A stretch of DNA of 64,000 bases from assembly GCA_963763775.1 (NCBI GenBank), contig CAVXPZ010000001.1, positions 1,184,001 to 1,248,000 of the forward strand, read 5' to 3'. The position numbers and the translations under genes were made by a program. The DNA comes from an uncultured Chloroflexia bacterium (lineage in GTDB: Bacteria > Chloroflexota > Limnocylindria > Limnocylindrales > CSP1-4). This document shows positions 33,070 through 44,925 of this stretch, one piece after another. Within the stretch, counting starts at the first letter, position 1. Each line of letters begins with the position of its first letter. The notes beneath the pieces were generated by a model that had not been told where the DNA came from, made no database searches, and saw only the letters and a program-made list of their open reading frames with translations.

Positions 33070-34775
33070 TCAGCGCGCCGAGGCCACCCACTCGCGGACG
33101 TTCGCGCCGAGCGCCTCGAGGCCGAGCGCGCCGTGACCCAGCACGGCGTCGTGGAACCCCCGGATGTCGAACCGAGGGCCGAGGGCCGTCTTCGCCTCGG
33201 CCCTGAGCCGAAGGATCTCCCGTTGGCCGATCTTGTAGGCGAGGGCCTGGCCGGGGAGCGTGATGTAGCGGTCGACCTCGTTGGTGATGTTGCTCGTGGC
33301 CAGCACCGTGTGCTCGACCATGAAGTCGATGGCCTGCTGCCGCGTCCAGCCGAGCGCGTGCATCCCCGTGTCGACGACGAGGCGGCAGGCGCGCCACCCG
33401 TCGAACGAGAGCACGCCGATCCGGTCGAGATCGCCGGTGTAGAGCCCCATCTCGTCGGACAGGCGCTCCGTGTACAGGCCCCAGCCCTCGATGAAGGCCG
33501 TCGGGCCGAGGTGGCGTCGGAAGTCGGGCAGGTCCGCGAGCTCCTGGCCGATCGCGAGCTGGAGGTGGTGGCCCGGGATCGACTCGTGGAACGCGAGCGC
33601 CTCGGCCTCGTAGCGGGGCCGCGTCTCGGGGGCGTAGGTGTTGATGTAGTACTGGCCCGGGCCGCGACCCGTCGAGCGCCGGCTGGCGGTAGTAGGCGAT
33701 GGTCGTGTGCTTGGCCTCGTGCTCGCCGATCTCGACGACCGCGCACGGCGCCTTGGGGAGGATGCCGAACCAGGCCGGGATCGCGTCCGCGGCCCGGGCC
33801 AGCGAGCGTTCGGCGGTCCCGAAGACCTCGACCGCCGTCTCGAAGTGGAGGGCGGGGTCGGCGCGCAGGCGTGCCCGGATCGCCGGCAGGTCCGCCGTGC
33901 CGAGCACGCGCTCGCCGAGCACGGCGAGCTCCGCATCGATGCGCTCGACCTCTTCGAGGCCGATGGCGTGGATCGCCTCGGGCGTCAACGGCAGCGATGT
34001 GTGCATCCGGGCGAGGTGGCCGTACGCCTCCAGGCCGCCCGGGACGTGCGACAGGCCGGGCCGGTCGTCCGGTCGCGCGACCGGCCGGATCACGTCGCGG
34101 ACGACGGCAGCGTACGCCGCGAGTGCGGGCCGGACCACCTCGCGGACCGCCGCGCGGAGCCCGGTGTCGAACCGGTCGCGATCGGCGGGTGACCAGTCGG
34201 CATGCTCGACCTTCAGCGGCGCCAGGAACGGCCCGTCGTCATCGGGCTGCGCGAGCAGGCCGTCGATCTGGTCGAGGACCTTGTCGACGGGCGTCCGGAC
34301 CCCGATGCGCCCGGCCGCGAGCTCGCGCCGGAGGTTGGCCGAATAGGCCTCGAACCACGGCCCGAACGCCCGCCACCGCCCGATCATCGGCCTCGCCTTG
34401 GTCCGGCGTCGCGACCGGCTGGATCGACTCGGTCATGATCGCGATCGACTGCGGGCCGTCCATCGGATCGACGGCCCACGCGCCGAGGTCGGCGTCGAGC
34501 TGGGCCGCGTCGCCCTCGAGCTGGGCCGTCAGCGCGGCCCGGGTCACGCGGTCCTCCGCGGTCAGCCCGGCCGGATCGAGCGCCTCAGCCCGTGCCTGGA
34601 ATGCCGCGACCTCGGCGCGATGGCGGGCGACGGCATCCGGCGACGGGTCGTCGAGCCGGTCGTCATAGCGGCGGTCGCCGAGCGACGTGGCCAGGAGCGG
34701 GCTCGCGACGAGCACGGCCTGCCAGTACTCGGCGGCGAGCTCGGCGAGGGCGGCAGAGGATCCCGGGGGCGCCAC
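33070..34775 (-). CDS. DUF885 family protein (frameshifts near 34385 and 33660)
   Basis: [69 protein letters not shown]. Confidence 0.88.
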
Positions 34776-34777
34776 CG

Positions 34778-35758
34778 TCAGTCGAGCGTGAAGTGGTCGG
34801 GGTCCTGGTAGCGGCCCGTGCGCTGGAACTCGATCTGCATCAGCACGTCGTTCAGCAGCGACGACGCCCCGAACCGGAACCAGTCCGGCGACATCCAGCG
34901 CGGTCCGAGCGTCTCGTAGAGGACCACGAGGTACTGGATCGCCTCCTTGGCCGTGCGGATCCCGCCCGCGGGCTTCATCCCGACCTGACGGCCGGTCGCC
35001 CGCTCGAAGTCGCGGATCGCCTCCAGCATCACGAGCGTGACGGGGAGCGTCGCGGCCGGCTGGACCTTGCCGGTGGACGTCTTGATGAAGTCGGCGCCGG
35101 CGGCCATCGCCAGCACCGAGGCCCGGCGGACGTTGTCGTAGGTCTCCAGCTCGCCGGTCTCGAGGATCACCTTGAGATGCGCCTCGCCGGCGGCCTCCTT
35201 GACCTCGACGATCTCCTCGAACACGGTCGCGTAGTCGCCCGACAGGAACGCCCCGCGGTCGATGACCATGTCGATCTCGTCGGCGCCGGCCGCGGCCGCC
35301 GCGCGGACCTCGGCGATCTTGATGTCGCGGAACGTCTGTCCGGACGGGAAACCCGTCGCGACCGAGGCGACCTTGACGGTCGACCCGCGAAGCGCCTCCT
35401 TCGCGTCGGCGACGAGCGCCGGATAGACGCAGACCGCGGCGACGGACGGGATCGTCGGGTCGCCCGGGTGCGGGCGCATCGCCTTCACGCACATCGCGTG
35501 GACCTTGCCCGGCGTGTCCTTCCCCTCGAGGGTGGTCAGGTCCATCATCCGGATGGCGAGGTCGAGGGCCCACATCTTGGAGGCCTTCTTGATCGACCGG
35601 CGCTTGAGCGCGTCGACCCGCTGCTCGACGCCGACCTGGTCCACCGTCGTGACACGCCCGAGCAGGCTGCCGAGCGGTCCTGGACGCCCGTCCCACGCGG
35701 CGATGAGCGCGTTCGCGCGGTCGCGGGCGGGAGTCTCCGGACGTCGAGTGGTCGTCAT
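34778..35758 (-). CDS. deoC: Deoxyribose-phosphate aldolase (long type)
   Basis: MDLTTLEG, AVCVYP, VATGFPSG, EIDMVI, KVILET, DFIKTSTGK (Schiff-base Lys), KPAGGIR. Confidence 0.95.
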   Translation of the reverse strand: MTTTRRPETPARDRANALIAAWDGRPGPLGSLLGRVTTVDQVGVEQRVDALKRRSIKKASKMWALDLAIRMMDLTTLEGKDTPGKVHAMCVKAMRPHPGDPTIPSVAAVCVYPALVADAKEALRGSTVKVASVATGFPSGQTFRDIKIAEVRAAAAAGADEIDMVIDRGAFLSGDYATVFEEIVEVKEAAGEAHLKVILETGELETYDNVRRASVLAMAAGADFIKTSTGKVQPAATLPVTLVMLEAIRDFERATGRQVGMKPAGGIRTAKEAIQYLVVLYETLGPRWMSPDWFRFGASSLLNDVLMQIEFQRTGRYQDPDHFTLD

Positions 35759-35839
35759 GGGACGCGCAGGATACACCCGACCCGGGGGAGGTCCGGCGAC
35801 GGTCCGCCGGGCGCTCCCACGGCAGTCCGGCCGGCCGAC

Positions 35840-37975
35840 CTAGCGACCCCCGCGCACCTTCGGCAGCGGTGGCATCCCGCGCTTCCCATCGACCAGGAAG
35901 TGGCGGAACCAGCCCTCGACGACGCCGAGGTTCTCGACCCGCCGAAACGGCGTCCCCGAGCGCGTCAGCTCGTGCGTGTCCTCCGGGACCCGAAGGAGGC
36001 GCACCGGCCGCCGCAGCGAGCGCAGCGTCGTGAACAGCGCCTCGGCCTGGCCGATCGTCGTGCGCAGGTCGCGCTCGGAGTGCTGGATGAGCAGCGGCGT
36101 GCGGATGTTCGTGGCGTCGCTGATCGGCGAGATCTCGCGATAGTACGCCGGGTCCTCCCACGGCGTGACATCGAAGATCTGGCGCGCCCAGTCGACGCCG
36201 CTGATGTCGCCCGTCAGGAAGAGCGACCGCCATGTCGCTGACCGAGCGGCACGTCATCGCGGCCTTGAACCGCTGATCGTGGCCCGACGATCCAGAGTCG
36301 TGAGGTAGCCGCCGTACGAGCCGCCGGTGACGCCGAGGCGCTCGGGATCGGCAAGACCGTCGGCCACGAGCGCGTCGACCCCGGCGAGCACGTCGCGCGT
36401 CGGCCCGGGCCCCCAGTCGCGGTGGTTGCCGTCGCAGAAGTCCTGGCCATAGCCCTCGGAGCCGCGCGGGTTGCAGTAGAAGACGCTGACGCCCGCGGCG
36501 ACGAGGACCTGGAACTCCCAGACCGGCGCCCATCCGTAGAGCGTCGCCGGCCCGCCATGGATCTCGGTGACGAGCGGCTGCGCGCCGTCGCCGGCGGGGA
36601 TGAGCCAGCCCTGGATGTCGAGGCCGTCGACGGTCACGTGGCGTTCGACCGGCTCGCGCAGCGTCAGCTCCCCGAGGACGTCGGCGTTGAACGCCGTGAG
36701 CCGGCGCGGCTCCGCGTCGCCGTCGAGGAACCACACGTCCGGCGTCTCGGTCGGCGTCGAGCGGATGTACGCGATGCGCGACCGGCCGCGCGGTCCCGCG
36801 ATCGCATCCCAGCCGGAGATGTAGTGCTGGCCGGTCGTCAGGCGCTGGAGCCGGCTGTCGGCGACGCTGATCCGCCAGAGCTCGTACGAACCGTCGATCG
36901 GGGCGCTGAACAGCACGGCGGAGCCGTCCGCGGTCGCGGCCGGCGGCGTCGCCTCGCCGGGCGTGACGTCGCTGCCCATCCCCGAGACCGGCATCAGGTC
37001 GTGCCGGCCCGAGAGGTTCCGGCCGCCCGTCGGCGTGGCGTCCGACCCATCCGCGGCGAAGGCCCACAGGTCGTTGCGGCTGCCGGCGCGACCCTCGAGC
37101 CGGCTCCCGAAGGCCAGGACCGACCGGCCATCCGGCAGCCAGGCAGGCCAGCCGAAGACGGACTTCGGGCCGGCGGTGATGGCCGTCACCTGGCGCGTGG
37201 CGGCATCGACGACCCAGATGTCCTGGCGGTTGAAGAGGTCGTGGTCGCGTCGACGGTTCGAGGCGAAGGCGATCCGCGTCCCGTCGGGCGACCACGCCGG
37301 CGATTCGTCGCCCCACGGGCCGTCGGTCAGTCGCGTCGCCTCGCCCGACGCGACATCGACGAGCCACAGATGGTCGACGCGATCGTCGACGAACCCCGCG
37401 CCGTTGAACATGTAGTGGAGCCGGTCGAAGAACCGGTAGTCGGACGGCGGCGGCGCGCCCGGATCGCGCGGGCGGTCAAGCCCCCGGCGGCGCAGGTCGT
37501 CATCGCGCGTCGCCTCGTGCGAGGTCGAGGTGACGACGAGCCGCGACCCGTCCGGCGACCACGCGAAGTCCCCCACGCCTCTCGGCAGGTCGGTCAGCCG
37601 GCGCGCCTCGCCCCCATCGAGCGGGAGGAGGTAGACCTGTCGGATGTCCTCGCGGTCCTTGGTCTCCTTCGGCCTGGTCGGCTCCTCCTCGACGAGCGCG
37701 CGTCGATCCGAGAGGAACGCCAGGGTCCGACCGTCCGGCGAGAACCGCGGATGGTGGTCCTGGCGGGCGCCGAGGGTGAGCCGTCGCGGGGCCGCGGGCG
37801 TGGCGTCGGCGATCGGCTCCGTCGGGATCAGCCAGAGCGCGCTCCGATACCCGTCGTACCCGGGCGCCACGGTCTGCACCGTGACGACGACGGTGCGACC
37901 GTCCGGGGACAGGCGCGGGCCGGTGGGGATCCGCAGGCGGTACAGGTCGTCGGGGCGCGGCGGACGGGGCAACAC
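35840..37975 (-). CDS. S9 family (prolyl oligopeptidase / acylaminoacyl) peptidase, frameshifted near the C-terminus
   Basis: PD40/TolB-like SPDG repeats, IHGGP, NPRGSEGYG, GGSYGG nucleophile; shifted frames give LIQHSERDLR and THELTRSG. Confidence 0.88.
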
Positions 37976-38028
37976 TGACCTCCGTTGAAGGGGACGCCCG
38001 AAGTCTACCGGGATACCATCGACCCACG

Positions 38029-38767
38029 ATGTCCGACCAGCTCTCGCTGCGGCTCGAGACCGACCTCCTGCCGGACCTGCCCGACTTCCGGCCGATGCAG
38101 CCACGTCCACTGCCGGAGGCGTTCGATTCGGACGAGCACCTCTTCGAACCGTGGTGGGGTGGCCGCCGCGCCCTGGTGCTGATCGGGCCCGGCGACCTCC
38201 CCGGGACGGGCGACGTGCGGATCGTGGACGCCGATGGGGCGGACCTCTCCGCGGCATTCCCGGAGCTGGCCGGGATGGCCGTCCGGATCGCCGCGCGCTC
38301 CGCGATCCTCGACGGCGAACTCGTCGTGGTGGACGCGAGTGGTCGAGCGGACGCCGCCGCGCTCGAGGGGCGGCTCGGCGGGGCGCCCGGACGACCGGCG
38401 GCGTTCCTCGCGTTCGACCTGCTCCACCTCGACGGCCGCACGCTCATCTCGCAGCCGCTGGTCAAGCGGCGCGAGGCGCTTGCGGCGCGTCCTGCGACCG
38501 GGCGACGAGGTCGTGGCCGTGCCGGCGATCGCGACCGAAGGCCGAGCGCTGTACGACGCGGCCGTGGCCCAGGGCATCGCCGGGATCCTGGCCCGCCAGC
38601 GGATGAGCCCGTACCTGCCCGGGATGCGGAGCCGCCTCTGGCGGTATGTGGCGGCCACGCCGGGCGCGAGTCCCGACGCGGCGTCTGGCGACGCCGAGGT
38701 GACGGCGGCCGCCTCGGCACCGGTCCTCGCGCTGATCAGCCGCCTCCCGCTCGACGACGAGACGTAG
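38029..38767 (+). CDS. ATP-dependent DNA ligase-like adenylation domain, catalytic residues substituted, no OB domain (frameshift near 38480)
   Basis: PMQP..LP, FEPWWGGRRA (vs FEPKxDGxRA), ILDGELVV, AFDLLHLDG, PLVKRREAL, GIAGILAR..SPYLPGMRSRLWR. Confidence 0.7.
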
Positions 38768-38775
38768 CCGCGCGG

Positions 38776-40095
38776 CTACCCCGCGCGGCGCGCCGCCGCG
38801 ATGAACCGGCGCAGACCCGGGCGCTGTCCGTAGAGAAGGACGCCCGCCTCGTACATGCGGGTGGCGACCACCGCGACGAGCACGATCGACACGAGCAAGA
38901 GCCCGATCGACAGCGCGAGCTGCCACGGCGGCACCGCCTCGGTCATCAGGCGAGCGAGCATCACGAACGGGCTGAACGGCGGGAGCATCGACGCGAGGGT
39001 CGTCAGCCGCCCGCCGCCCCCGGTCAGGGCCAGCAAGGCGATGAGGTACCCGGACATCGCGACCAGGCTCAGCGGCAAGGACAGCGTCTGGAGGTCGTCG
39101 GGCCGGCTCACGAACGAGCCCATCGCGGCGTAGATGAGCGCGAACAACGCGAAGCCCAGCAGGAAGAACACGCCGTACCCGAGGAGCAGACCCGGCGTGA
39201 GGCCGACGATCGAGGACCCGGCGCCGGCCGGCCCCATGAGACCTTCGGCGATGCGGTCCTGGAGCGCCACGATGACGAGCGCCGGGATCGCGATCGCGGC
39301 GTACTGCGTGAGGCCGGCTGCGCCGATCCCGACCACCTTGCCGGTCAGCAGCTGGCGCGGCGACGCGGCGCTGATCATCAGCTCCATGACGCGGCTGCTC
39401 TTCTCGGAGGCGACGCCCATCGCCACCCACATGCCGTAGATGATCACGGTCAGGAACAGCAGGATCACGAACACGAGGCCGAGGAAGCTCCGGCTGGCCA
39501 CCACCGTCGGGTCGATGACCTGCCCGCCCTCGATGGGGGCATTGATCTGGTCGATGCGGAACGATGGCTGCTGGAACGGCCGCGCTTGCACGCCGGCCGG
39601 CAGGTCCGACGTCCAGTCGATGATCGACGTCGCGAGCGCGGCGAACCCCATGAGCTGGCTCCGCACGCCGTCCGGTCGGCCCGGCGTCCGGTACACGATG
39701 TCGAGCTGGCCCGCCGTGCCGCGATGGATGAGCATCACGCCGCCGGCGCTCCCGGCCGCGAGGGCCGCATCGGCCGCGGCCTCGTCCGACGCCGTCTCGA
39801 TGGAGAAGGGCTTCCGCCACGCGGCCTTGTCGACGCCGTCGGGCGGCAGGTTCAGCATGCTGTCGGTGATCGCGAGCGCGCGCTGCCCGAGCTCCGGCTC
39901 GTCGGCGACGACCAGGATCCGCGTCACGGTCTGGCGGTCCATGTACTTGATCGCGATGGGCGCGAACGCCACCCCGACCGCGAGCGTCATCAACACGATC
40001 GTCGACACGACGAAGAACGGGCTCCGGACCCGGTCGCGGTACTCGCGCCGGGCCACGATGCCCGCGTTCGGCAGCAATCGGTCGCGCGTGGCCAT
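38776..40095 (-). CDS. ABC exporter permease, NatB/YhaP-like
   Basis: IVARREYRDRVRS, VASEKSSRVMELMISA..LLTGKV, YAAMGS, SPFVM. Confidence 0.88.
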   Translation of the reverse strand: MATRDRLLPNAGIVARREYRDRVRSPFFVVSTIVLMTLAVGVAFAPIAIKYMDRQTVTRILVVADEPELGQRALAITDSMLNLPPDGVDKAAWRKPFSIETASDEAAADAALAAGSAGGVMLIHRGTAGQLDIVYRTPGRPDGVRSQLMGFAALATSIIDWTSDLPAGVQARPFQQPSFRIDQINAPIEGGQVIDPTVVASRSFLGLVFVILLFLTVIIYGMWVAMGVASEKSSRVMELMISAASPRQLLTGKVVGIGAAGLTQYAAIAIPALVIVALQDRIAEGLMGPAGAGSSIVGLTPGLLLGYGVFFLLGFALFALIYAAMGSFVSRPDDLQTLSLPLSLVAMSGYLIALLALTGGGGRLTTLASMLPPFSPFVMLARLMTEAVPPWQLALSIGLLLVSIVLVAVVATRMYEAGVLLYGQRPGLRRFIAAARRAG

Positions 40096-41063
40096 CAGGC
40101 GGCTCCGCCGGCCGGTGCCGGCTGCGGCCGGATGTCGGTCACGAGGGTCGCGTCGTCATCGGGCGAGCGTCCGACGACCTGGATGAACAGCGCTTCCAGG
40201 CTGGGCTCGGTGACTTCGAACCGGCGGACGGCGGCGCCGCGCGATACGACCGCCGCGAGGATCGCGGCGGGCTCCGTCCCAGCGGCAACCTCGAGCTCCA
40301 CGTAGCCCGGCCCCGGTCGCACGGCCACGACACCGGTGAGCGCCGCGAGCCACCCCGGTGCGACCTCCCCGTCCAGCCCGAGCCGGATGGACCGATGCCC
40401 GCTGGCCCGCTTGAGATCGGCGAGCGTGCCGCCGGCCACGACCCGTCCGCGATCGACGATCGCGACGGATTCGCAGAGCGCCTCCGCGGCCTCCATCTGG
40501 TGCGTGGAGAAGATGAGTGTCCGGCCGTCGTCCCGAAGTTCGAGGAACGCTTCGCGCAGGATGCCGAGGTTGACCGGGTCGAGACCCGTGAACGGCTCGT
40601 CCATCAGCAGCACCGACGGCCCGTGGAGGACCGCGGCGATGAACTGGACCTTCTGCTGGTTGCCCTTCGAGAGCTCCTCGGCGCGCCGCCGCGCGACGTC
40701 GGCGATCCGGAACCGCTCGAGCCAGCCCAGCGCGTCGCGCTTCGCGGTCGCGGGTTCGACGCCGTAGAGCGAGGCGAAGTACACGAGCTGGTCGAGCACC
40801 GGCATCCGCGGGTACAGGCCGCGCTCCTCGGGGAGGTAGCCCCACATCCGGCGCGGCAGCTCCGCGACCTGGCGCCCGTCCCAGCGGACCTCGCCCTCGT
40901 CGGCGTGGAGGATCCCGAGGCAGATCCGCATCGTGGTGGTCTTGCCCGCACCGTTCGCGCCAAGGAACCCGAAGATCTCGCCGCGGGGCACGTCGAACGA
41001 GAGCCCGTCGAGGGCGAGCGTGGCGGCGAATCGCTTGGTGACGCGATCGATCTCCAGGGTCAC
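40095..41063 (-). CDS. ABC exporter ATP-binding protein, NatA/YhaQ-like
   Basis: GANGAGKTT, GYLPEERGLY, LSKGNQQK, DEPFTGLDP, C-terminal EPSLEALF (DUF4162-like). Confidence 0.93.
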   Translation of the reverse strand: MTLEIDRVTKRFAATLALDGLSFDVPRGEIFGFLGANGAGKTTTMRICLGILHADEGEVRWDGRQVAELPRRMWGYLPEERGLYPRMPVLDQLVYFASLYGVEPATAKRDALGWLERFRIADVARRRAEELSKGNQQKVQFIAAVLHGPSVLLMDEPFTGLDPVNLGILREAFLELRDDGRTLIFSTHQMEAAEALCESVAIVDRGRVVAGGTLADLKRASGHRSIRLGLDGEVAPGWLAALTGVVAVRPGPGYVELEVAAGTEPAAILAAVVSRGAAVRRFEVTEPSLEALFIQVVGRSPDDDATLVTDIRPQPAPAGGAA

Positions 41064-41129
41064 GGCCCGAGGATAGCCGGGGTCGGGCGGCGTCGCCGTT
41101 GGCTCGATGGTCCGGGGTGTGTCGTCGCC

Positions 41130-43659
41130 TCAGGCGATCCAGAGCCGTCCACGAGCGGTGCGCACGATCTCGGCGAGAACCGCCGGCGCCAGCGCGACCA
41201 CGGCGACGATCGCCCAATCGGACGCGTCGAGCGGCGTGGCCCGGAAGATCTCCTGGAGCGCCGGCACGTGCGGGATCAGGGCCTGGAAGGCGACCGTGGC
41301 GATCGCGACCGTCAGCAGGAACCCGTTCATCGAGAGGCGGTGCAAGGGGATCCGCAGGCTGCGGTTCGCGTACGCCCGGACCGCCTGCGCGCACACGAGG
41401 GACGTGTACGCCAGCCAGCGCGCGTGCTCGAACGTGCCGGGATGGAACTCCATGATCAGGAGCGCGGCCACGGCGCTGAACCCGCCCGCCACCGTGATCC
41501 GTGCGAGGATCCCGTCCGTCAGGAGCGGCAGCCCGTGCACGCGCGGGGGCCGTCGCATCAGGTCCGGCTCGGGATGCTCGCGCTCGAAGGCGACCGAGGT
41601 CGTCAGGTCGATGAAGAGCTCCATCCACAGGATCTGGATCGGCAGGAGCGGCTGACCGTAGCCGGCGGCGGTCGCGATGAAGATGAAGCCGAGCAGCGCG
41701 ACGTGGGTCGAGATCAGGAAGACGAGGCCCTTCTGCATGTTGTCGACGATGCGGCGGCCCTCGCGCAGGCCGTACATCAGCGTCGCGAACGAGTCGTCGC
41801 CGAGGACCAGGTCGGCCGCCTCCTTCGCGACCGCGGTCCCGGAGCCCATCGCCACGGCGACGTCGGCCCGACTCAGGGCCGGGGCGTCGTTGACCCCGTC
41901 ACCGGTCACCGCCACGGTCCGGCGGCCATCCCGCGCGATGCGGACGAGCCGCTCCTTCTGGTCCGGCGTGGATCGCGCCACGACTCGCATCCGCGGCAGC
42001 TCCTCGGCGAGGCGGGCGTCGTCCCACCCGGCGACCTCGTCGCCGACGACGATGTGGTTCGCATCCAGCCCTGCCTCGCGGGCGATCGCCGCCGCCGTCA
42101 ACGGATGGTCGCCCGTGACCACGATCGTCTGGATCCCCGCCTCGCCGGCTGTCTGGAGGGCCTCGCGGATCCCGTCACGGAGCGGGTCGGCGAACCCGAT
42201 GAGCGCGCGCATGACCCACGGATCGGCACCGTCGCGCGACGCGAGACCGACGAGCCGCTCGCCGCTCGAGGCGCTCGATGTCAGGAGGTCGTCCCATGCG
42301 GTCCTGGTCGAGGGCTCAGGTCCGACGAGGGCCAGCACGACCTCCGGAGCGCCGATCGCGAGCCCGACCTCCGTCCCGCCGCGACGGATGACCGCCGACG
42401 AGTAGGGCCGGCCATCCGCCACGGGCACCGCCGCGACGAGCTCGGCCGCGTCAAGGGTCGGATCGCCGCCGGCATCCGTGATCGCGCGGATGAGCGACCG
42501 CGTGAACGACCCGGGCGCCGACCCGTCGGTGGTCGCCCACGCATCGTCCTCGGCGCGCAAGGCGTCGAGCAGGACCGCGAGCCGGTCGCCTGGGTCGTCG
42601 AGGCGCCCGCCCAGGGTCCGGATCGAGGCGACGTCGAGCCGGTTCCGGGTGAGGGTCCCGGTCTTGTCGGTCACGATGAGATCGATCGCGCCGAGCGTCT
42701 CCTGGGCGTTGAGCCGGCGGACGAGGACGCCGCGCTTGAGCAGCCGGTACGCCCCGAGGCCGAGGATGACCGCGAGCAGGATCGGCGGCTCCTCCGGGAT
42801 CGCCGCGATCGCGGCGGAGACGCCCGCGAGCAGGTTCTGGCCGGCGGTCTGGCCGCGCAGGAACCCGATGCCGGTCACGAAGGCGATCAGGGCCATCGCG
42901 ACCACCAGCAGGATCTTGACGAGGCGATCGAGCTCGGCCTGCAGCGGCGACCGGCGGTGCCCGCGTGGACCGAGCCCGCCGGCGATCTTGCCGACCTCGG
43001 TGGCCTGCCCGATCGCGACCACCACGCCTTCGCCGCGTCCCCCGACGACGCTCGTGCCCGCGTAGGCGATGCGAGCGACGCTCGGCGAGCGGGGCGTCCT
43101 CCGGGTCGGGCTCGACGACGCCGGGCTCGGGGACCGACTCCCCGGTGAGGATGCTGCGGTCGACGACCAGCCGATCGACCCGGACGAGGCGCAGGTCCGC
43201 CGCGACGATGTCGCCGCCGCGGAGGAGGACGACGTCACCCGGCACGATGGTCGCCGCGGGCACGTCGTCGACGATGCCGCCCCGCCGGACGCGGGCCATC
43301 GGCGCGCTCGCCTCGCGCAACGCCTCGAGGGCGCGCTCCCCGCGATACCCCGTCACGACGTCCGCGATGACGATCGGCAGGAGACCCGCCAGGACGAGGA
43401 GCCCGTCGCGGACCTCGCCGAGCAGGATCGCGGCGCCGCCCGCGACGAGCAGGAGCAGCACGAACGGCTCCGTGGCGGCGTCCACGATCATCCGCAGCAC
43501 GGACTCGTGCTCGACCGGCTCAAGCTCGTTCCGGCCGCTCTCGGCAGCGCGGCGCTCGACCTCGTCGAGGGCGAGTCCGACTCGAGGGTCGACCCCGAGG
43601 AGCGTCTCGACCGCCTCGGCGGTGCTCGCGTACGGCGGGGCCTGCATGGGCCTCATCAT
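41130..43659 (-). CDS. Cation-transporting P-type ATPase, P2-like (frameshift near 43080)
   Basis: LTGES, AAIPEE, DKTGTLT phosphorylation site, TGDH, TGDGVNDAPAL, IQILWMEL. Confidence 0.9.
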
Positions 43660-43760
43660 CGCCCGCCGCCTCCGGGCGCGCGGCAGCCGTCCGGCCCGTC
43701 CTGACCGTGCCGCCGGTCCCGTGCGGCGGCGGGTCGCTCGGGAAGTGCGAGAATGAGGGC

Positions 43761-44111
43761 GTGACCACGCCCGTTCGGATCCACGCCGATCGCGAGGCCG
43801 GCACGCTCCAGATCGGCTGGGACGACGGCCACGACACGACGTACACCGCGCTCGCCCTGCGCTGGCTCTGTCCGTGCGCCTACTGCCGGGGCGAGGCGGG
43901 CCTTCCGGGCTGGCTCGACAGCGCCCCCACGCTCACGGCGGACCAGACGCGGATCGTCGACGTGCAGCTCGTCGGCAACTACGCGCTGGCCCCGTCCTGG
44001 GGCGACGGCCACCACACCGGCTATTACACGTTCGACCTGCTGCGCCATCACTGCCCCTGTCCGGACTGCACGGCCTCGCGCATGGCCGACCACCACAAGG
44101 AGTCCGCATGA
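43761..44111 (+). CDS. DUF971 / GBBH-like N-terminal domain protein
   Basis: IGWDDGH, LRWLCPCAYCRG, VGNYALAPSWGDGHHTGYY, second CPCPDC. Confidence 0.85.
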   Translation: MTTPVRIHADREAGTLQIGWDDGHDTTYTALALRWLCPCAYCRGEAGLPGWLDSAPTLTADQTRIVDVQLVGNYALAPSWGDGHHTGYYTFDLLRHHCPCPDCTASRMADHHKESA

Positions 44112-44452
44112 TCGTCGTGACCACGCCCTACCTGTCGGGGCACCGCGTCGTCGAATCGAAGGGGATGGTCTTCGGGCTGGTCGTCCGGAGCCGAGGGCTC
44201 GGCGGCAACCTCATGGCCAGCATCCGCTCCCTCGGCGGCGGGGAGATCCACGAGTACACGAGCCTGCTCGAGGACACCCGACGTCAAGCGCTCGACCGGC
44301 TCGTGCAGAACGCCACGCTGCTCGGCGCCAATGCGGTCCTCTCGATGCGGTTCGACAGCTCGGAACTGTCGGGCACGATGAGCGAGATCGTCGCCTACGG
44401 GTCCGCGGTCGTCGTCGCCGCCGACCCGTCCGCCTCGACCGCGGCGGACTAG
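44108..44452 (+). CDS. YbjQ / UPF0145 family protein
   Basis: MIVVTT, GLVVRSR, GGEI..YT.LL..R..A, LGANAV.SMRFD, AYGSAV. Confidence 0.9.
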   Translation: MIVVTTPYLSGHRVVESKGMVFGLVVRSRGLGGNLMASIRSLGGGEIHEYTSLLEDTRRQALDRLVQNATLLGANAVLSMRFDSSELSGTMSEIVAYGSAVVVAADPSASTAAD

Positions 44453-44455
44453 CCG

Positions 44456-44818
44456 ATGGACCGGCGCCTGGGCGTCACGATCGCCCGAGCCATCGTCGTC
44501 CTCGGCGGGGTCCTCCTCGCGGCGCTCGGGGTCGTGACCCTCGTGATGACGCCGGCCATCTTCACCGGGTTGTTCCTGATCGGGCTCGGCGCGGTGATGA
44601 TCGTGGGCGCCCTCATGGAACGGATGCGCTATCGCTCGGCGACGGCCGAGCTGACCGCGGCGCCGGCCGGTCCGGGTGGCGGCGAGCCGGTCGACCGGGC
44701 CATGGAGTCGCGGTTCCAGCGGACCGACGAGCGGTTCGTCGACCCCACGACCGGGACCCGCATGCGCGTCTGGATCGATCCGGCCAGCGGAGAGCGTCGG
44801 TACCGCGCCGAGGAGTGA
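44456..44818 (+). CDS. Hypothetical two-TM membrane protein
   Basis: Two TMs then ERMRYR...FQRTDERFVDPTTG..MRVWIDP.SGERRY. Confidence 0.7.
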   Translation: MDRRLGVTIARAIVVLGGVLLAALGVVTLVMTPAIFTGLFLIGLGAVMIVGALMERMRYRSATAELTAAPAGPGGGEPVDRAMESRFQRTDERFVDPTTGTRMRVWIDPASGERRYRAEE

Positions 44819-44925
44819 CCGTCGTAGCCCTTTCGGGGAGTCCGGGAGTGTCGTCGGGCCGTGCTATCCTCGCCCGCCGGGCCCGTTCCACCCCGGCTTG
44901 AGCGTCCAGGAGCCCATCACCCGCC

